Source of the DNA: Candidatus Heimdallarchaeota archaeon
Lineage (GTDB): Archaea > Asgardarchaeota > Heimdallarchaeia > Heimdallarchaeales > Heimdallarchaeaceae
NCBI GenBank assembly: GCA_018238545.1
Contig: JABCTC010000016.1
Location: 1 to 64,000 of the forward strand
Reading direction: 5' to 3'
Length of the DNA: 64,000 bases
The notes under the pieces were generated by a model. The model had not been told where the DNA came from. It did not search any database and saw only the letters and a program-made list of their open reading frames with translations. Within the stretch, counting starts at the first letter, position 1. Every line of letters begins with the position of its first letter. Below, in pieces: positions 1 to 10,089 of this stretch. Position numbers and translations under genes: made by a program.

Positions 1-73
1 AAAAAAGACTGATTTTGTTATCATCATTGACAGACCAGTTCATTATAACCTTTCATTTATTGCTGGTGAGACT

Positions 74-340
74 ATGAAAAATGGAGCAATAGGGGCGGCT
101 TATATTACCGAATACCCCAATGATGTGAAGATTAGTTTTAGATTAAGTAAGGCTTTATCGGCTGAAGAAATTGATAAATTCAGAGTAGATTTACTAGCAC
201 AAAGCATGTCTGGTGGTGGTCATAAACCGGCTTCAGGAGCAGAAACAGAAACACTTGAAGAAGCATTGACTAAGATTGAAAACTGGGTAAAAAACCTTAA
301 TTTTGAAATGGAAATTATTGATTTAAGAGAAAAAGAATAA
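74..340 (+). CDS. Small hypothetical protein
   Basis: 88-aa ORF with GGTGA SD-like element upstream; converges on rtcB; no family recognised. Confidence 0.6.
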   Translation: MKNGAIGAAYITEYPNDVKISFRLSKALSAEEIDKFRVDLLAQSMSGGGHKPASGAETETLEEALTKIENWVKNLNFEMEIIDLREKE

Positions 341-348
341 AAAAGAAG

Positions 349-1824
349 TTACCCCTTTACATTTCCAATTGGTGTAACTCTTACTACAGGGTGACTAATC
401 TGAGCTAATTTTAGGGCGTTAACAACTTCATTAACATCTTTATATGCAAAACCCGCTTCTTCTGCTAATCCTGGCATTGATGCTCCCTTGACATAAATAC
501 CTCTTTCTCTCATTGCTTTTTGTAAAAGATCACCTCTAACTTGTCTTTTGGCTTTGCTTCTACTCATGGTTCTTCCTGCACCGTGTGCTGTAGATCCAAA
601 ACTAACTTCCATTGACTTTTCTTTTCCAGTTAGAAGATAGGAGCCAGTCTCCATTGATCCACCAATAAGGATTGGTTGACCTATGTCGCGGTATTCTTGT
701 GGAATTTCATTATGATTGGGTGGAAAGCTTCGTGTTGCCCCTTTTCTATGCACCATTAATTTCTTCTTTATACCGTCAACTGTATGTTCTTCAATTTTAG
801 CAATGTTATGTGCAACATCATAGACAAGATTCAGTCCTAGTTCATCTTCATCTTTGCTAAAAACTTCAGAGAAAACTTTTCTAACATTATAAGTGATAAT
901 CTGTCTGTTTGCGAAAGCCATATTAGAAGCACAACCCATTGCTGCAAAATAGTTTTCACCCTCTTTTGACTTAACAGGAACACTAGCAAGTTCCTGATCA
1001 AGAATAGGAATTTTGTATTTTTGCATAGCTGTAAGACTTGATCGCAGATAATCTGTAGCTACTTGATGTCCAAAACCTCTTGAACCACAATGGATCATAA
1101 CAGTTACTTGATAAGGTTTTACAATCCCCAATTTTCTTGCAATATCTTCATCAAATATACCACCAGGTTTAACGACTTGAATTTCACAATAATGATTTCC
1201 TGAACCCAATGTACCTAGTTGTCTGAGTCCTCTATTTTTCGCTTTATCACTAACTTTTAAGGCATCAGCTTCAGACATTTTTCCTTGACTCTCAATACGA
1301 CGAACATCCTCTTCTCTTGCATAACCATTCTCTAAACACCATCTAGCCCCATTTTCAAGGACTGAATCAAATTCAGAACGTGATAGATTAGCTAATTTTG
1401 GATCGTGTTTGAGCTTAACCCCTACTCCAGCAGGAACCTTTTGATATAACTTATCAACTAGCTCCTTAATCTTAGGTTTGACATCTCTTTCTTCTAATGT
1501 GGTTGTAAGCATGCGGACTCCACAATTAATGTCAAAACCCACACCACCAGGGCTAATAACCCCTTCTTCCATATCAAAGGCTGCTACGCCGCCTATAGGA
1601 AAACCATATCCTGCATGGGAATCAGGTAGTGCTAGTGCATACTTTTGAATACCTGGAAGTGTCGCAACGTTGGTTATTTGGTCAACTACTCGTCTTTCTA
1701 TGCCTTGTTTAAGAGCTGGAGTGAGAATCATTCTTGCAGGTACTCTCATACCTTTCTTGAAAGACATAGGAATTTCCCATGTTACTTCATTTATTTTTCT
1801 CATTGGAATATTTTCAGCTGACAT
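349..1824 (-). CDS. rtcB: tRNA-splicing ligase RtcB
   Basis: PDSHAGYGFPIGG, GFDINCG, GSGNHY, HCGSRGFGHQ, HRKGAT and STAHGAGR motifs. Confidence 0.97.
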   Translation of the reverse strand: MSAENIPMRKINEVTWEIPMSFKKGMRVPARMILTPALKQGIERRVVDQITNVATLPGIQKYALALPDSHAGYGFPIGGVAAFDMEEGVISPGGVGFDINCGVRMLTTTLEERDVKPKIKELVDKLYQKVPAGVGVKLKHDPKLANLSRSEFDSVLENGARWCLENGYAREEDVRRIESQGKMSEADALKVSDKAKNRGLRQLGTLGSGNHYCEIQVVKPGGIFDEDIARKLGIVKPYQVTVMIHCGSRGFGHQVATDYLRSSLTAMQKYKIPILDQELASVPVKSKEGENYFAAMGCASNMAFANRQIITYNVRKVFSEVFSKDEDELGLNLVYDVAHNIAKIEEHTVDGIKKKLMVHRKGATRSFPPNHNEIPQEYRDIGQPILIGGSMETGSYLLTGKEKSMEVSFGSTAHGAGRTMSRSKAKRQVRGDLLQKAMRERGIYVKGASMPGLAEEAGFAYKDVNEVVNALKLAQISHPVVRVTPIGNVKG

Positions 1825-1924
1825 TTATCTCAAGAGAACTGGATATTGGTATTTAATAAATCTCGTGATTAGACATAAAATTATCAAGAAAGAATGATTT
1901 TTATTTTGAACTTTATTTCTACAG

Positions 1925-2362
1925 ATGAAGCTCATGTTCAAATATACGATCCTTGATGATGAAGTGAAATCAGATTTTGCTTTTGAAGTAATTGCAGACA
2001 CTCTTTCAGAACTGTTTCGTGGAGCTGGAATCGCTTCTATGGTTGCTATGGTAAACATTAGTTCTGTTAAAGTAACAAATGAATGGAATTTTGAACTTGA
2101 AGCTGAAGATGAACAATTGCTTCTTTATGATTTTTTAAGCGAACTGATATATTTGAAAGATGCAGAAACTGTACTCTTCAAAGATTTCGAAATTACCATT
2201 GAAAAAAATGAAAAACTAAAACTTAAGTGTAAGGCATTAGGTTCACAGATTGACTGGGAGAATGAAGGATTACTTACTGATGTTAAGGCTGTAACTATGT
2301 ACGAATTCAGGATTGAGAAGAAAAAAAATCAATGGTCTTGTCATGTAATCTTAGATCTTTAA
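1925..2362 (+). CDS. Archease (RtcB activator)
   Basis: LLYDFLSELIY, DVKAVT and terminal ILDL motifs; divergent from rtcB; start may be ATG 1934. Confidence 0.92.
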   Translation: MKLMFKYTILDDEVKSDFAFEVIADTLSELFRGAGIASMVAMVNISSVKVTNEWNFELEAEDEQLLLYDFLSELIYLKDAETVLFKDFEITIEKNEKLKLKCKALGSQIDWENEGLLTDVKAVTMYEFRIEKKKNQWSCHVILDL

Positions 2363-2511
2363 CAGTTGTTCTTTTTGTGAATTCTTACTAACAGCATCTT
2401 GCTTTCTATAAGGTTTTATTGCACAAATAACATAGATTAGACCTACTGAATAAAGTTTATAAAGCAACCTTTTCTTCGTTAAACATCCCTATCGAAAAAA
2501 GAGGAATCGAG

Positions 2512-2937
2512 ATGGCAGATACAACAATTAAAGACAAATATTTGATCAAGGGAGAACCTTTTCTCTACACTAAAGAATTTGAATGGGTTCTTCAAGAAGG
2601 AGAAGTTTACATATATGGTATCTCAAACTACGCCGCTGTAGAACTTGGTGAACTTGCATATGTAGAACTACCTGAAGTAGGAGACACCTTCGAAGAAGGA
2701 AAATCTATGGGAATAATAGAGGCATTAAAAACAGTCGTAGACTTCTATGCACCTTTTGACTGTGAAATCGTTGAAGTTCATACAGAACTTGAAGATGATG
2801 CTTCTGTCATTACTGAAGACTGCTATAATGAAGGGTGGATAGTTAAAGTCAAACCCACTGGACCAACTGATGTTCTTATAACACCAGAAAACTTCGTTAA
2901 GCAAGTTGAAAACGAGATTGAAGAAGGATCTCATTAA
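2512..2937 (+). CDS. gcvH: Glycine cleavage system H protein
   Basis: YTKEFEW, GISNYA..LGELAYVELP, lipoyl-Lys in IEALKTV, YNEGWI. Confidence 0.93.
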   Translation: MADTTIKDKYLIKGEPFLYTKEFEWVLQEGEVYIYGISNYAAVELGELAYVELPEVGDTFEEGKSMGIIEALKTVVDFYAPFDCEIVEVHTELEDDASVITEDCYNEGWIVKVKPTGPTDVLITPENFVKQVENEIEEGSH

Positions 2938-2957
2938 TTATTTAAGAGGTGATTTTT

Positions 2958-4340
2958 ATGGGTGATAACTATGCTCACCCCTATTTAGCTAATTCTAAAA
3001 AGGATATAGACGAAATGTTAGAATATCTAGGAATCAGTAGTATAGAAGAGCTATATTCTGATATCCCTGATGAAATTCGATTTAAAGGACAATTGAAGCT
3101 ACCCCATTACCAAAGTGAATTTGAACTGATGGAAGCTGTTAAGAAAAAATTAGGCAAAAACATAACTACAAGAGAAGTTCGATCATTTCTTGGTGGAGGC
3201 GTGTTAGATATTTACATGCCAGCTATTCAAGATGAAATATTACGAAGAACTGAATTTTATAGTGCTTATACACCTTATCAAGCTGAAGCAAGTCAAGGAA
3301 CACTACAAAGCATGTTTGAATATCAAAGTTTGATATGCGAGCTTGTTGGTATGGATGTTGCTAATTGCTCTTTATATGATTGGGCCACAGGAGTTGGTGA
3401 AGCAGCTCTGATGGCTTCAAGAATCACAAAACGTACAAAATTTGTTTACACAGCCGCAATTGCTCCAAACAGAGAAGATGTTTTGAAAAATTATGTCACT
3501 GGTGCTAATCTTGAACTAGAAATAGTTCCTTATGATGAGACTACTGGAAAAATGGACATAGCAAAGACCAAAGCATTACTTGATGACACAGTAGCAGGCA
3601 TCTACATCGAGAATCCAAATTTCTTCGGAATTATCGAGGATGAACTTGATGAAATTATTGCAGATGCTCATGCCAAAGGAATTAGAGTTGTTGTTGGAGC
3701 TGATATGAACTCTCTTGCATTGCTTAAACCTCCAGGAGAATATGGAGCAGACATAGCAATAGGAGAAGGTCAGTCCATAGGTGGTGGGCCATTAAATTTT
3801 GGAGGACCACTTCTAGGAATTCTTGCAATGAAATATAACAAGAAAGAATCTAGACAAATGCCTGGACGAATTGTAGGAAAAACCATCACTTCAAATGAAG
3901 GAGAAGTAGCTTATGCCAACACTCTCCAGACAAGAGAACAACACATCAAAAGAGAAAGAGCTACAAGTAATATTTGTACAAATGAAGCATTGGTTGCTCT
4001 AAGTTGTGCAATTCATCTAACTCTATTAGGACCACAAGGTTACAAGGAAACAGCTGAAACAATGTACCTTAGTGCTCATCATGTAACCAAAGAACTTGAT
4101 AAAATTGGTGTTAAGAGGGTATTTGACAGCGAATTCTTTAACACATTCATTCTTGATCTTAAAATTCCTAAAGGCAAGAAGCAAGAATTTACTCAATTCA
4201 TGTTGGAGAGAAAGATATTCCCAGGAATACCGTATTCATTTGATGGAGAAAATTATGACTACATTGTGACTACTTCTTACTTGCTTTGTGAAAAAGACCT
4301 TGATGATTTTGTTAAGGCGATTGGTGAATGGAGGAAATAA
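2958..4340 (+). CDS. gcvPA: Glycine dehydrogenase (decarboxylating) subunit 1
   Basis: YTPYQAEASQGTLQ, QTREQHIKRERATSNICTN; ATG 2958 follows GAGGTGA. Confidence 0.96.
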   Translation: MGDNYAHPYLANSKKDIDEMLEYLGISSIEELYSDIPDEIRFKGQLKLPHYQSEFELMEAVKKKLGKNITTREVRSFLGGGVLDIYMPAIQDEILRRTEFYSAYTPYQAEASQGTLQSMFEYQSLICELVGMDVANCSLYDWATGVGEAALMASRITKRTKFVYTAAIAPNREDVLKNYVTGANLELEIVPYDETTGKMDIAKTKALLDDTVAGIYIENPNFFGIIEDELDEIIADAHAKGIRVVVGADMNSLALLKPPGEYGADIAIGEGQSIGGGPLNFGGPLLGILAMKYNKKESRQMPGRIVGKTITSNEGEVAYANTLQTREQHIKRERATSNICTNEALVALSCAIHLTLLGPQGYKETAETMYLSAHHVTKELDKIGVKRVFDSEFFNTFILDLKIPKGKKQEFTQFMLERKIFPGIPYSFDGENYDYIVTTSYLLCEKDLDDFVKAIGEWRK

Positions 4341-4342
4341 AG

Positions 4343-5845
4343 ATGTACAGACAAGCAAAATACGATGAACCATTAATTTTTGAACTTGGTAAAAAAGGAC
4401 GAAGGGCCCATTTACCTCCAAGGTGTGATTTTTCTAGAGAGGATATTAACATTCCTGAAAATATGAAAAGAATCACTCCACCTGATCTACCAGAGCTTCA
4501 TGAAGGAGAAGTTATGAGACATTATGTTCATCTTTCACAGATGAATTATTGTGTTGATACTAACACATATCCACTAGGATCATGTACAATGAAATACAAT
4601 CCCAAAGTGAACGAATCTATTGTGAGATCTGAAAAAATAATGTATCTTCATCCTAACCAACCTGTTGAAACAGTACAAGGAATTCTAGAAATTCTTTATG
4701 AATTACAAACTTCATTAGGAGAATTAGCAGGATTGCCACACACTACACTTCAACCACCTGCTGGTGCAAGTGGTGAGTACACCGGATTAGCTCTCATTAA
4801 AGCATATCACGTAGATAATGGTGAAACACAAAGAGATGAGATTATTGCTCCAGATTCAAGTCATGGAACAAATCCAGCAAGTACTGTTTTGAATGGTCAA
4901 AAATTAATAGAAATCAAGTCTAATGAAGATGGCAGAGTAGACATGGATGCATTAAAAGCAGCTGTTTCTGATAAAACTGCAGGTTTGATGCTCACTAACC
5001 CAAACACTCTAGGTATTTTTGAAAAAGACATTATTGAAATGTCTAATACCGTTAGAGATGCCGGAGGTTTACTTTATTATGACGGTGCTAATTTCAATGC
5101 AATCGTTGGTAAGATTAGACCAGGTGACATGGGTTATGATGTGCTACATTTCAATTTGCATAAAACATTCGCTACACCACACGGTGGAGGAGGTCCAGGA
5201 ACTGGTGCAGTTTGCTGTAATGACATTCTCGAACCATATCTACCAGTTCCAACAATTAATCATGATAAGGACAAAGACTATTATTACTTTGATTATGACC
5301 GTCCAAAATCTATTGGAAAAGTTCATGGTTACCACGGTAATGTAGCCGTCGCTCTTAGAGCTTATGCATATATTGCTGCCCTTGGTGAGATTGGTTTGAA
5401 AAATACATCAGATCAAGCTGTTCTCACAGCTAATTATGTTATGAGAAAAATGGAAAAGATAGATGGATTAAGACTTAGTCACACATCATCAATACCAAGA
5501 AAACATGAGTCAGTTCTTGAAGCAACACCATTTTTACGAAACCACGATGTTTCAGGAATGGATATAGCAAAAATGTTAATCAGTCGAGGCTTACATGCCC
5601 CAACAGTCTACTTCCCATTAATAGCACACGAAGCTTTAATGATGGAACCAACTGAAAATGAAAACAAAGATAGACTTGACCAATATGTTCAGATCTTGGA
5701 AGAAGAGATGGATAAAGCACGAAAAGATCCTGACTATGCTCATAATGCACCAAAATGGACTTCAATTGGAAGGGTAGATGATGGATACGCCATACGAAAC
5801 TTAACTCTATCTTGGAAAATGATGAAAGAAAAACAAGAAGAATAA
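4343..5845 (+). CDS. gcvPB: Glycine dehydrogenase (decarboxylating) subunit 2
   Basis: PLGSCTMKYNP, HFNLHKTFATPHGGGGPG (PLP Lys); ATG 4343 follows GGAGG. Confidence 0.96.
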   Translation: MYRQAKYDEPLIFELGKKGRRAHLPPRCDFSREDINIPENMKRITPPDLPELHEGEVMRHYVHLSQMNYCVDTNTYPLGSCTMKYNPKVNESIVRSEKIMYLHPNQPVETVQGILEILYELQTSLGELAGLPHTTLQPPAGASGEYTGLALIKAYHVDNGETQRDEIIAPDSSHGTNPASTVLNGQKLIEIKSNEDGRVDMDALKAAVSDKTAGLMLTNPNTLGIFEKDIIEMSNTVRDAGGLLYYDGANFNAIVGKIRPGDMGYDVLHFNLHKTFATPHGGGGPGTGAVCCNDILEPYLPVPTINHDKDKDYYYFDYDRPKSIGKVHGYHGNVAVALRAYAYIAALGEIGLKNTSDQAVLTANYVMRKMEKIDGLRLSHTSSIPRKHESVLEATPFLRNHDVSGMDIAKMLISRGLHAPTVYFPLIAHEALMMEPTENENKDRLDQYVQILEEEMDKARKDPDYAHNAPKWTSIGRVDDGYAIRNLTLSWKMMKEKQEE

Positions 5846-5856
5846 TAAACAATTAT

Positions 5857-5884
5857 TCTCTTTTTTTATTTTTCTATTTTTTTA
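5857..5884. terminator. Oligo-T tract between convergent genes (archaeal intrinsic terminator-like)
   Basis: Long T-rich run immediately after the gcvPB stop. Confidence 0.5.
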
Positions 5885-6361
5885 CTTTTTCTTACGTTTT
5901 GTTGTTTCTTGTAAAGGAGGATTAATGAAAACACCAATAATAAGAATAATTGACATTCCTAATATTTCTTTGAATGCGACATTGTCAACAATGTTTACTG
6001 GCATACCATCTCTTATAACTTCTATTGCTTCGAATCCAAAAAATACTATAAGAAATTGAACAAGAAAATAAATCATAACAGCAATAAAAGCTCCTTGAAT
6101 CAAATATCTGAATATGGGTTTTTCTTTTTCTCTTTCTCTTTTATATAGATATTCTGAAATTAGTAAACCTACTGCACTTAATCCTAATGCCCCAAAAATT
6201 GGAAAAGCAATTAGTAATGTAATTTGCTCTGCATTATTGAAATTAACTATGTCACTTAGATAGTAGAAGTGTGGTACTTGTGCTAGAAAAGCTATTGAGA
6301 ATAAAGCAATAATACTGGGCCAAGCTGCTTGTCTATCCCATATTCGTTCAGTTTTACTCAT
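5882..6361 (-). CDS. Hypothetical membrane protein (about 4 TM)
   Basis: Four hydrophobic segments and a basic tail. Confidence 0.75.
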   Translation of the reverse strand: MSKTERIWDRQAAWPSIIALFSIAFLAQVPHFYYLSDIVNFNNAEQITLLIAFPIFGALGLSAVGLLISEYLYKREREKEKPIFRYLIQGAFIAVMIYFLVQFLIVFFGFEAIEVIRDGMPVNIVDNVAFKEILGMSIILIIGVFINPPLQETTKRKKK

Positions 6362-6490
6362 GATAATCGTCCTTCTGTCAACATTCTTTTTGAAATCTAC
6401 AAAATCGTTTAATTATAACTTTTGTGATGGAGAATTAAAATTGAATCATCATTTTTCTCTATAATAATAAAATAAATTGGTGAATTGAGA

Positions 6491-8056
6491 TTAATTATCT
6501 TCTTCATCAAAGGAATATCCTTTTTCAATTCTGAATTCACAGAAGTTATGACCTGTTCCATGACATTTAGTCTCTGTTACGATAGGAGGATCTTTGAGTA
6601 TGAGAGCTAATCTTCCTGCTAAGTAACCCGATTGAAAATCACAGAGAGTTTCGTTGAGATTTGTTTCTGAAAGGTTTGCACCAGATGCATATGCACATTC
6701 ATATATTCGAATGAACATTTCATCTTCATCTTCGCTATCTCTAACTTCAACAAAGGAATATCCTCTAGCTAGGTAATTTGTCGGATGAGTCATGTATTTC
6801 ATGATAATCTCTGTAGCCTTCTTTAATGAGCTGATAGGCAAGGTTTCATCATCTAGAAGCTGGTAAATAATGTTCTTTCCAGGTCCTATAACTCCAAGTT
6901 CTCTTCCAGCTGAATAGAGGAGAGCGCCACAGAAATTATCTCGGAATTTCAGAGAAATTATCTGCTGCTGTAAAGCACTAATGTGAACAAAATCAACGTC
7001 ATTAGGCCTTAGAGCTTCTTTCATAAGCAAAGAATTATGTCCGTGCTGTGTTGTTTCATGTATGAATTCATAGAAAAGTTGTCTTCTGAAATCTTCTGCA
7101 GGAATTTCACCTAGGAATTGAACACGTTTATCTCCTTCTTTAGGCTTATATACCTGATAAGGTGCTTTGCCAACTTCCTTTCCTAAGAATACTTCAATTT
7201 CAAACTCACAACAATCGTCGCCCAATCCTCTACACTTACTTTCAATAACACTAGTTGCGGAACCTATCATTGCTTCTATTGTTCCTGCAATTTCTCCTGC
7301 AGTATAATGGCATAACGTTTCTCCGATGTTGATTGCGCCAGCACTATTAACTAACTCATATATCCGAAGAGTTGCGGTGTAACCTTCCACTTTAGCTATA
7401 TCACAATGTGTAGCTAAGTATAATGGAACTACATTGTTGTGACTATAGAGTTTAGCAAGTGCAATCAAAGCTTCTTGAAATCGTTCTGCAGGTTTAACAG
7501 CTCCTACTTTAGGGTTCAAAACTGTTAAGTAATAAGGAGCAGCACCATAAATGCCTAGTTCTCTTCCACTTTGGTAAAGTAACTGGGGGATAAGTGGATC
7601 TAACTGGAGCAATGACATCATGACTTGTTGATAAATGCCGATATGGACGTAATCACCTAGATTGTTTCGTACGAGTTCTTGGGAGATTATACTGCTGATA
7701 GTATTCTTTGTTAGAATCATCATGCTCTCTCTTAGTCTAGTATCACGTTGTCTGTTAATGATGTTAGGTAGAATTGAAGACCAGAGCTTTTCTCTAATGA
7801 CATCTTCTGTTATCAAGCCTTCTGCAATCCTTTCTTCGTTCATGATTACTACAGGAACACTCATAATACCATATTGAGCAGCAATTTCCTGCTCTTCAGT
7901 AATGTCAATAGTACTTACATGAAGCATGCCTTTCATAGAAGTACCTGCGATATTCTCGATAACACGTTCAACTTCAGGACAAGCAAAACAGTCAGGGCTT
8001 GTAAAGAATAGAAGCCGCACTTTTTCTGTATCTTGAAGTGTTTCTTCATCACTCAT
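6491..8056 (-). CDS. Thioredoxin-fold plus tandem V4R domain protein
   Basis: N-terminal FTSPDCFACP and YGIMSVP; two V4R signatures (LCHYTAGEIAG...ESKCRGLGDDCCEF; LCDFQSGYLAG...ETKCHGTGHNFCEF). Confidence 0.85.
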   Translation of the reverse strand: MSDEETLQDTEKVRLLFFTSPDCFACPEVERVIENIAGTSMKGMLHVSTIDITEEQEIAAQYGIMSVPVVIMNEERIAEGLITEDVIREKLWSSILPNIINRQRDTRLRESMMILTKNTISSIISQELVRNNLGDYVHIGIYQQVMMSLLQLDPLIPQLLYQSGRELGIYGAAPYYLTVLNPKVGAVKPAERFQEALIALAKLYSHNNVVPLYLATHCDIAKVEGYTATLRIYELVNSAGAINIGETLCHYTAGEIAGTIEAMIGSATSVIESKCRGLGDDCCEFEIEVFLGKEVGKAPYQVYKPKEGDKRVQFLGEIPAEDFRRQLFYEFIHETTQHGHNSLLMKEALRPNDVDFVHISALQQQIISLKFRDNFCGALLYSAGRELGVIGPGKNIIYQLLDDETLPISSLKKATEIIMKYMTHPTNYLARGYSFVEVRDSEDEDEMFIRIYECAYASGANLSETNLNETLCDFQSGYLAGRLALILKDPPIVTETKCHGTGHNFCEFRIEKGYSFDEEDN

Positions 8057-8334
8057 TTAGGATATCCCCAGTAACAAACAATTATACCTTAACGATAAAA
8101 ATGTTGTCTTAATTTCCAATGAAAAGTTGAGATAGAGAAATAAAAAGGATGGAAGTACAATTAATCCTAAATTCGTTAAAAGATGAAAGAAACTAAAAAA
8201 CAAGTATTCAGGGATTTCAAGTCAAAAAAATAGCTTACAGCAAGATTTTGTAATTTTTAAGAAGATAGCAAAGATTATATATCAATGAAAAGAAGTCAAA
8301 AGTGAAATTTAAGTAAACATTTTATGTGATAATT

Positions 8335-9999
8335 ATGATAGGACAAGGACAAGTGCCGGTAATAATTTTGAAAGAAGGTACTGAAAGATCTAAAGGTCGA
8401 GATGCTCAAAGGAATAATATCATGGCTGCGTCTATTGTAGCAGATACTATTAAAAGCACTCTAGGACCAAAAGGAATGGACAAAATGCTAGTTGATGGTC
8501 TTGGTGACATTTTAATTTCCAACGATGGAGCAACATTGTTAGATGAGATTGATGTTCAACATCCTGCTGCAAAAATTATGGTTCAAGTAGCTAAAGTTCA
8601 GGATCAAGAAACTGGTGATGGTACAACTAGTTCAGTTATCATTGCTGGTGAATTACTCAAGAAAGGTGGCGAACTCTTAGATAAGAAAGTTCATGCATCT
8701 CTAATTGTTGAGGGATACAAAGCAGCATCAACTAAGGCTCAAGAGATTCTTGTAGAATTAGCTCAGAAGATGGAACCTTTCCAAGATGGGAATGAAGTTC
8801 TACAAAAAATTGCTGAAACCTCTCTACACAGTAAAGCTGTTCATTCAGCTAAAGAAGCATTTGCACAAATCGCTGTTAATAGTGTCAAGAGGATAGCTGA
8901 TGAAGATGAGGGTAATTATACCGTTGATTTGGATAATATTAAAATCATACAGAAAACAGGTAAATCCTTAGCTGCATCTGAACTTATTGAAGGTGTTATC
9001 ATTGACAAAGAAGTTGTTCACACAGCTATGCCTAAATCTGTAAAGAATGCTAAAATTCTTCTATTGAACCAAAACATCGAGGTTCAGAAAGGCGAATGGG
9101 ATCGCGAGATTAGAATCAATGACCCATTAGAAATGAAGTCATTTTTAGATAATGAAGAACAAATGTTACGAGATATGGTTGAAAGTGTCAAAACCGTTGG
9201 AGCTACTGTTGTAGTTTGTCAAAAAGGTATAGATGATATGGCACAATATTTCATGGCTAAAGAGAATATCTTAGCTATTAGAAGAGTTAAAAAAAGTGAC
9301 ATGGAAAAAATTTCTCGAGCTACTGGAGGAAGGATAGTTACCAATCTTAAAGATGCTAAAGCAGTAGATCTTGGTGATGCTGGGTTAGTTGAAGAAGTGA
9401 AACTTGGAGATGACGAACATGTATATATCCGTGAATGTAAAAATCCAAAGGCAGTTTCAATCATCTTATACGGCGCTGCTAAGTATATCACTGATGAAGC
9501 AGAAAGAGCATTACATGACGCTTTATGTGTTGTAAGAAATGTTGTTGAAGATAAAACCTACCTACCTGGTGGAGGTTCAATTTATACAGAACTTTCTCTA
9601 CGAATAGATGAGTTTGCTGATGAATTCAAAGACAAAAGACAATTGGCAGTTAAAGCATTCGCTGATTCTCTACTAGTTATACCATCAACTCTTGCAGAGA
9701 ATGCTGGAATAGATCCATTAGATATACTCAATGAAATCAGAGCTGCACACGCAGAAGGTAAAATAGCTGCAGGTAGTGATATACTAAAAGGCGGAAAAAT
9801 CACCGATATGCAAAAAGCTGGAATAATTGAACCACTTAGAGTTCTTTCTCAATCAATTAAATCAGCAAGTGAATCTGCTATAATGATAATGAGAATTGAT
9901 GATGTCATCGTGTCAAAATCCGATAGACCAGCTATGCCCCCAGGGGGTGGAATGCCTCCAGGTATGGGTGGAATGGGCGGTATGCCCGGCATGATGTAA
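8335..9999 (+). CDS. Thermosome (group II chaperonin) subunit
   Basis: [26 protein letters not shown]-repeat tail; alpha/beta not assignable by eye. Confidence 0.97.
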   Translation: MIGQGQVPVIILKEGTERSKGRDAQRNNIMAASIVADTIKSTLGPKGMDKMLVDGLGDILISNDGATLLDEIDVQHPAAKIMVQVAKVQDQETGDGTTSSVIIAGELLKKGGELLDKKVHASLIVEGYKAASTKAQEILVELAQKMEPFQDGNEVLQKIAETSLHSKAVHSAKEAFAQIAVNSVKRIADEDEGNYTVDLDNIKIIQKTGKSLAASELIEGVIIDKEVVHTAMPKSVKNAKILLLNQNIEVQKGEWDREIRINDPLEMKSFLDNEEQMLRDMVESVKTVGATVVVCQKGIDDMAQYFMAKENILAIRRVKKSDMEKISRATGGRIVTNLKDAKAVDLGDAGLVEEVKLGDDEHVYIRECKNPKAVSIILYGAAKYITDEAERALHDALCVVRNVVEDKTYLPGGGSIYTELSLRIDEFADEFKDKRQLAVKAFADSLLVIPSTLAENAGIDPLDILNEIRAAHAEGKIAAGSDILKGGKITDMQKAGIIEPLRVLSQSIKSASESAIMIMRIDDVIVSKSDRPAMPPGGGMPPGMGGMGGMPGMM

Positions 10000-10009
10000 A
10001 AACTAACTC

Positions 10010-10052
10010 CTTTTCTCTCTTTATTTTCTTTTATTATATTTTCTTGGTTTTT
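10010..10052 (+). terminator. Oligo-T terminator-like tract
   Basis: T/C-rich runs after the thermosome stop. Confidence 0.5.
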
Positions 10053-10089
10053 AGATAATCTTATAAAAAATAGCTAAATTTGTGATTTA

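Noticed and set aside
9931-9996. Short tandem GGN-ATG repeats
   Set aside because: Ordinary Gly-Gly-Met chaperonin tail.
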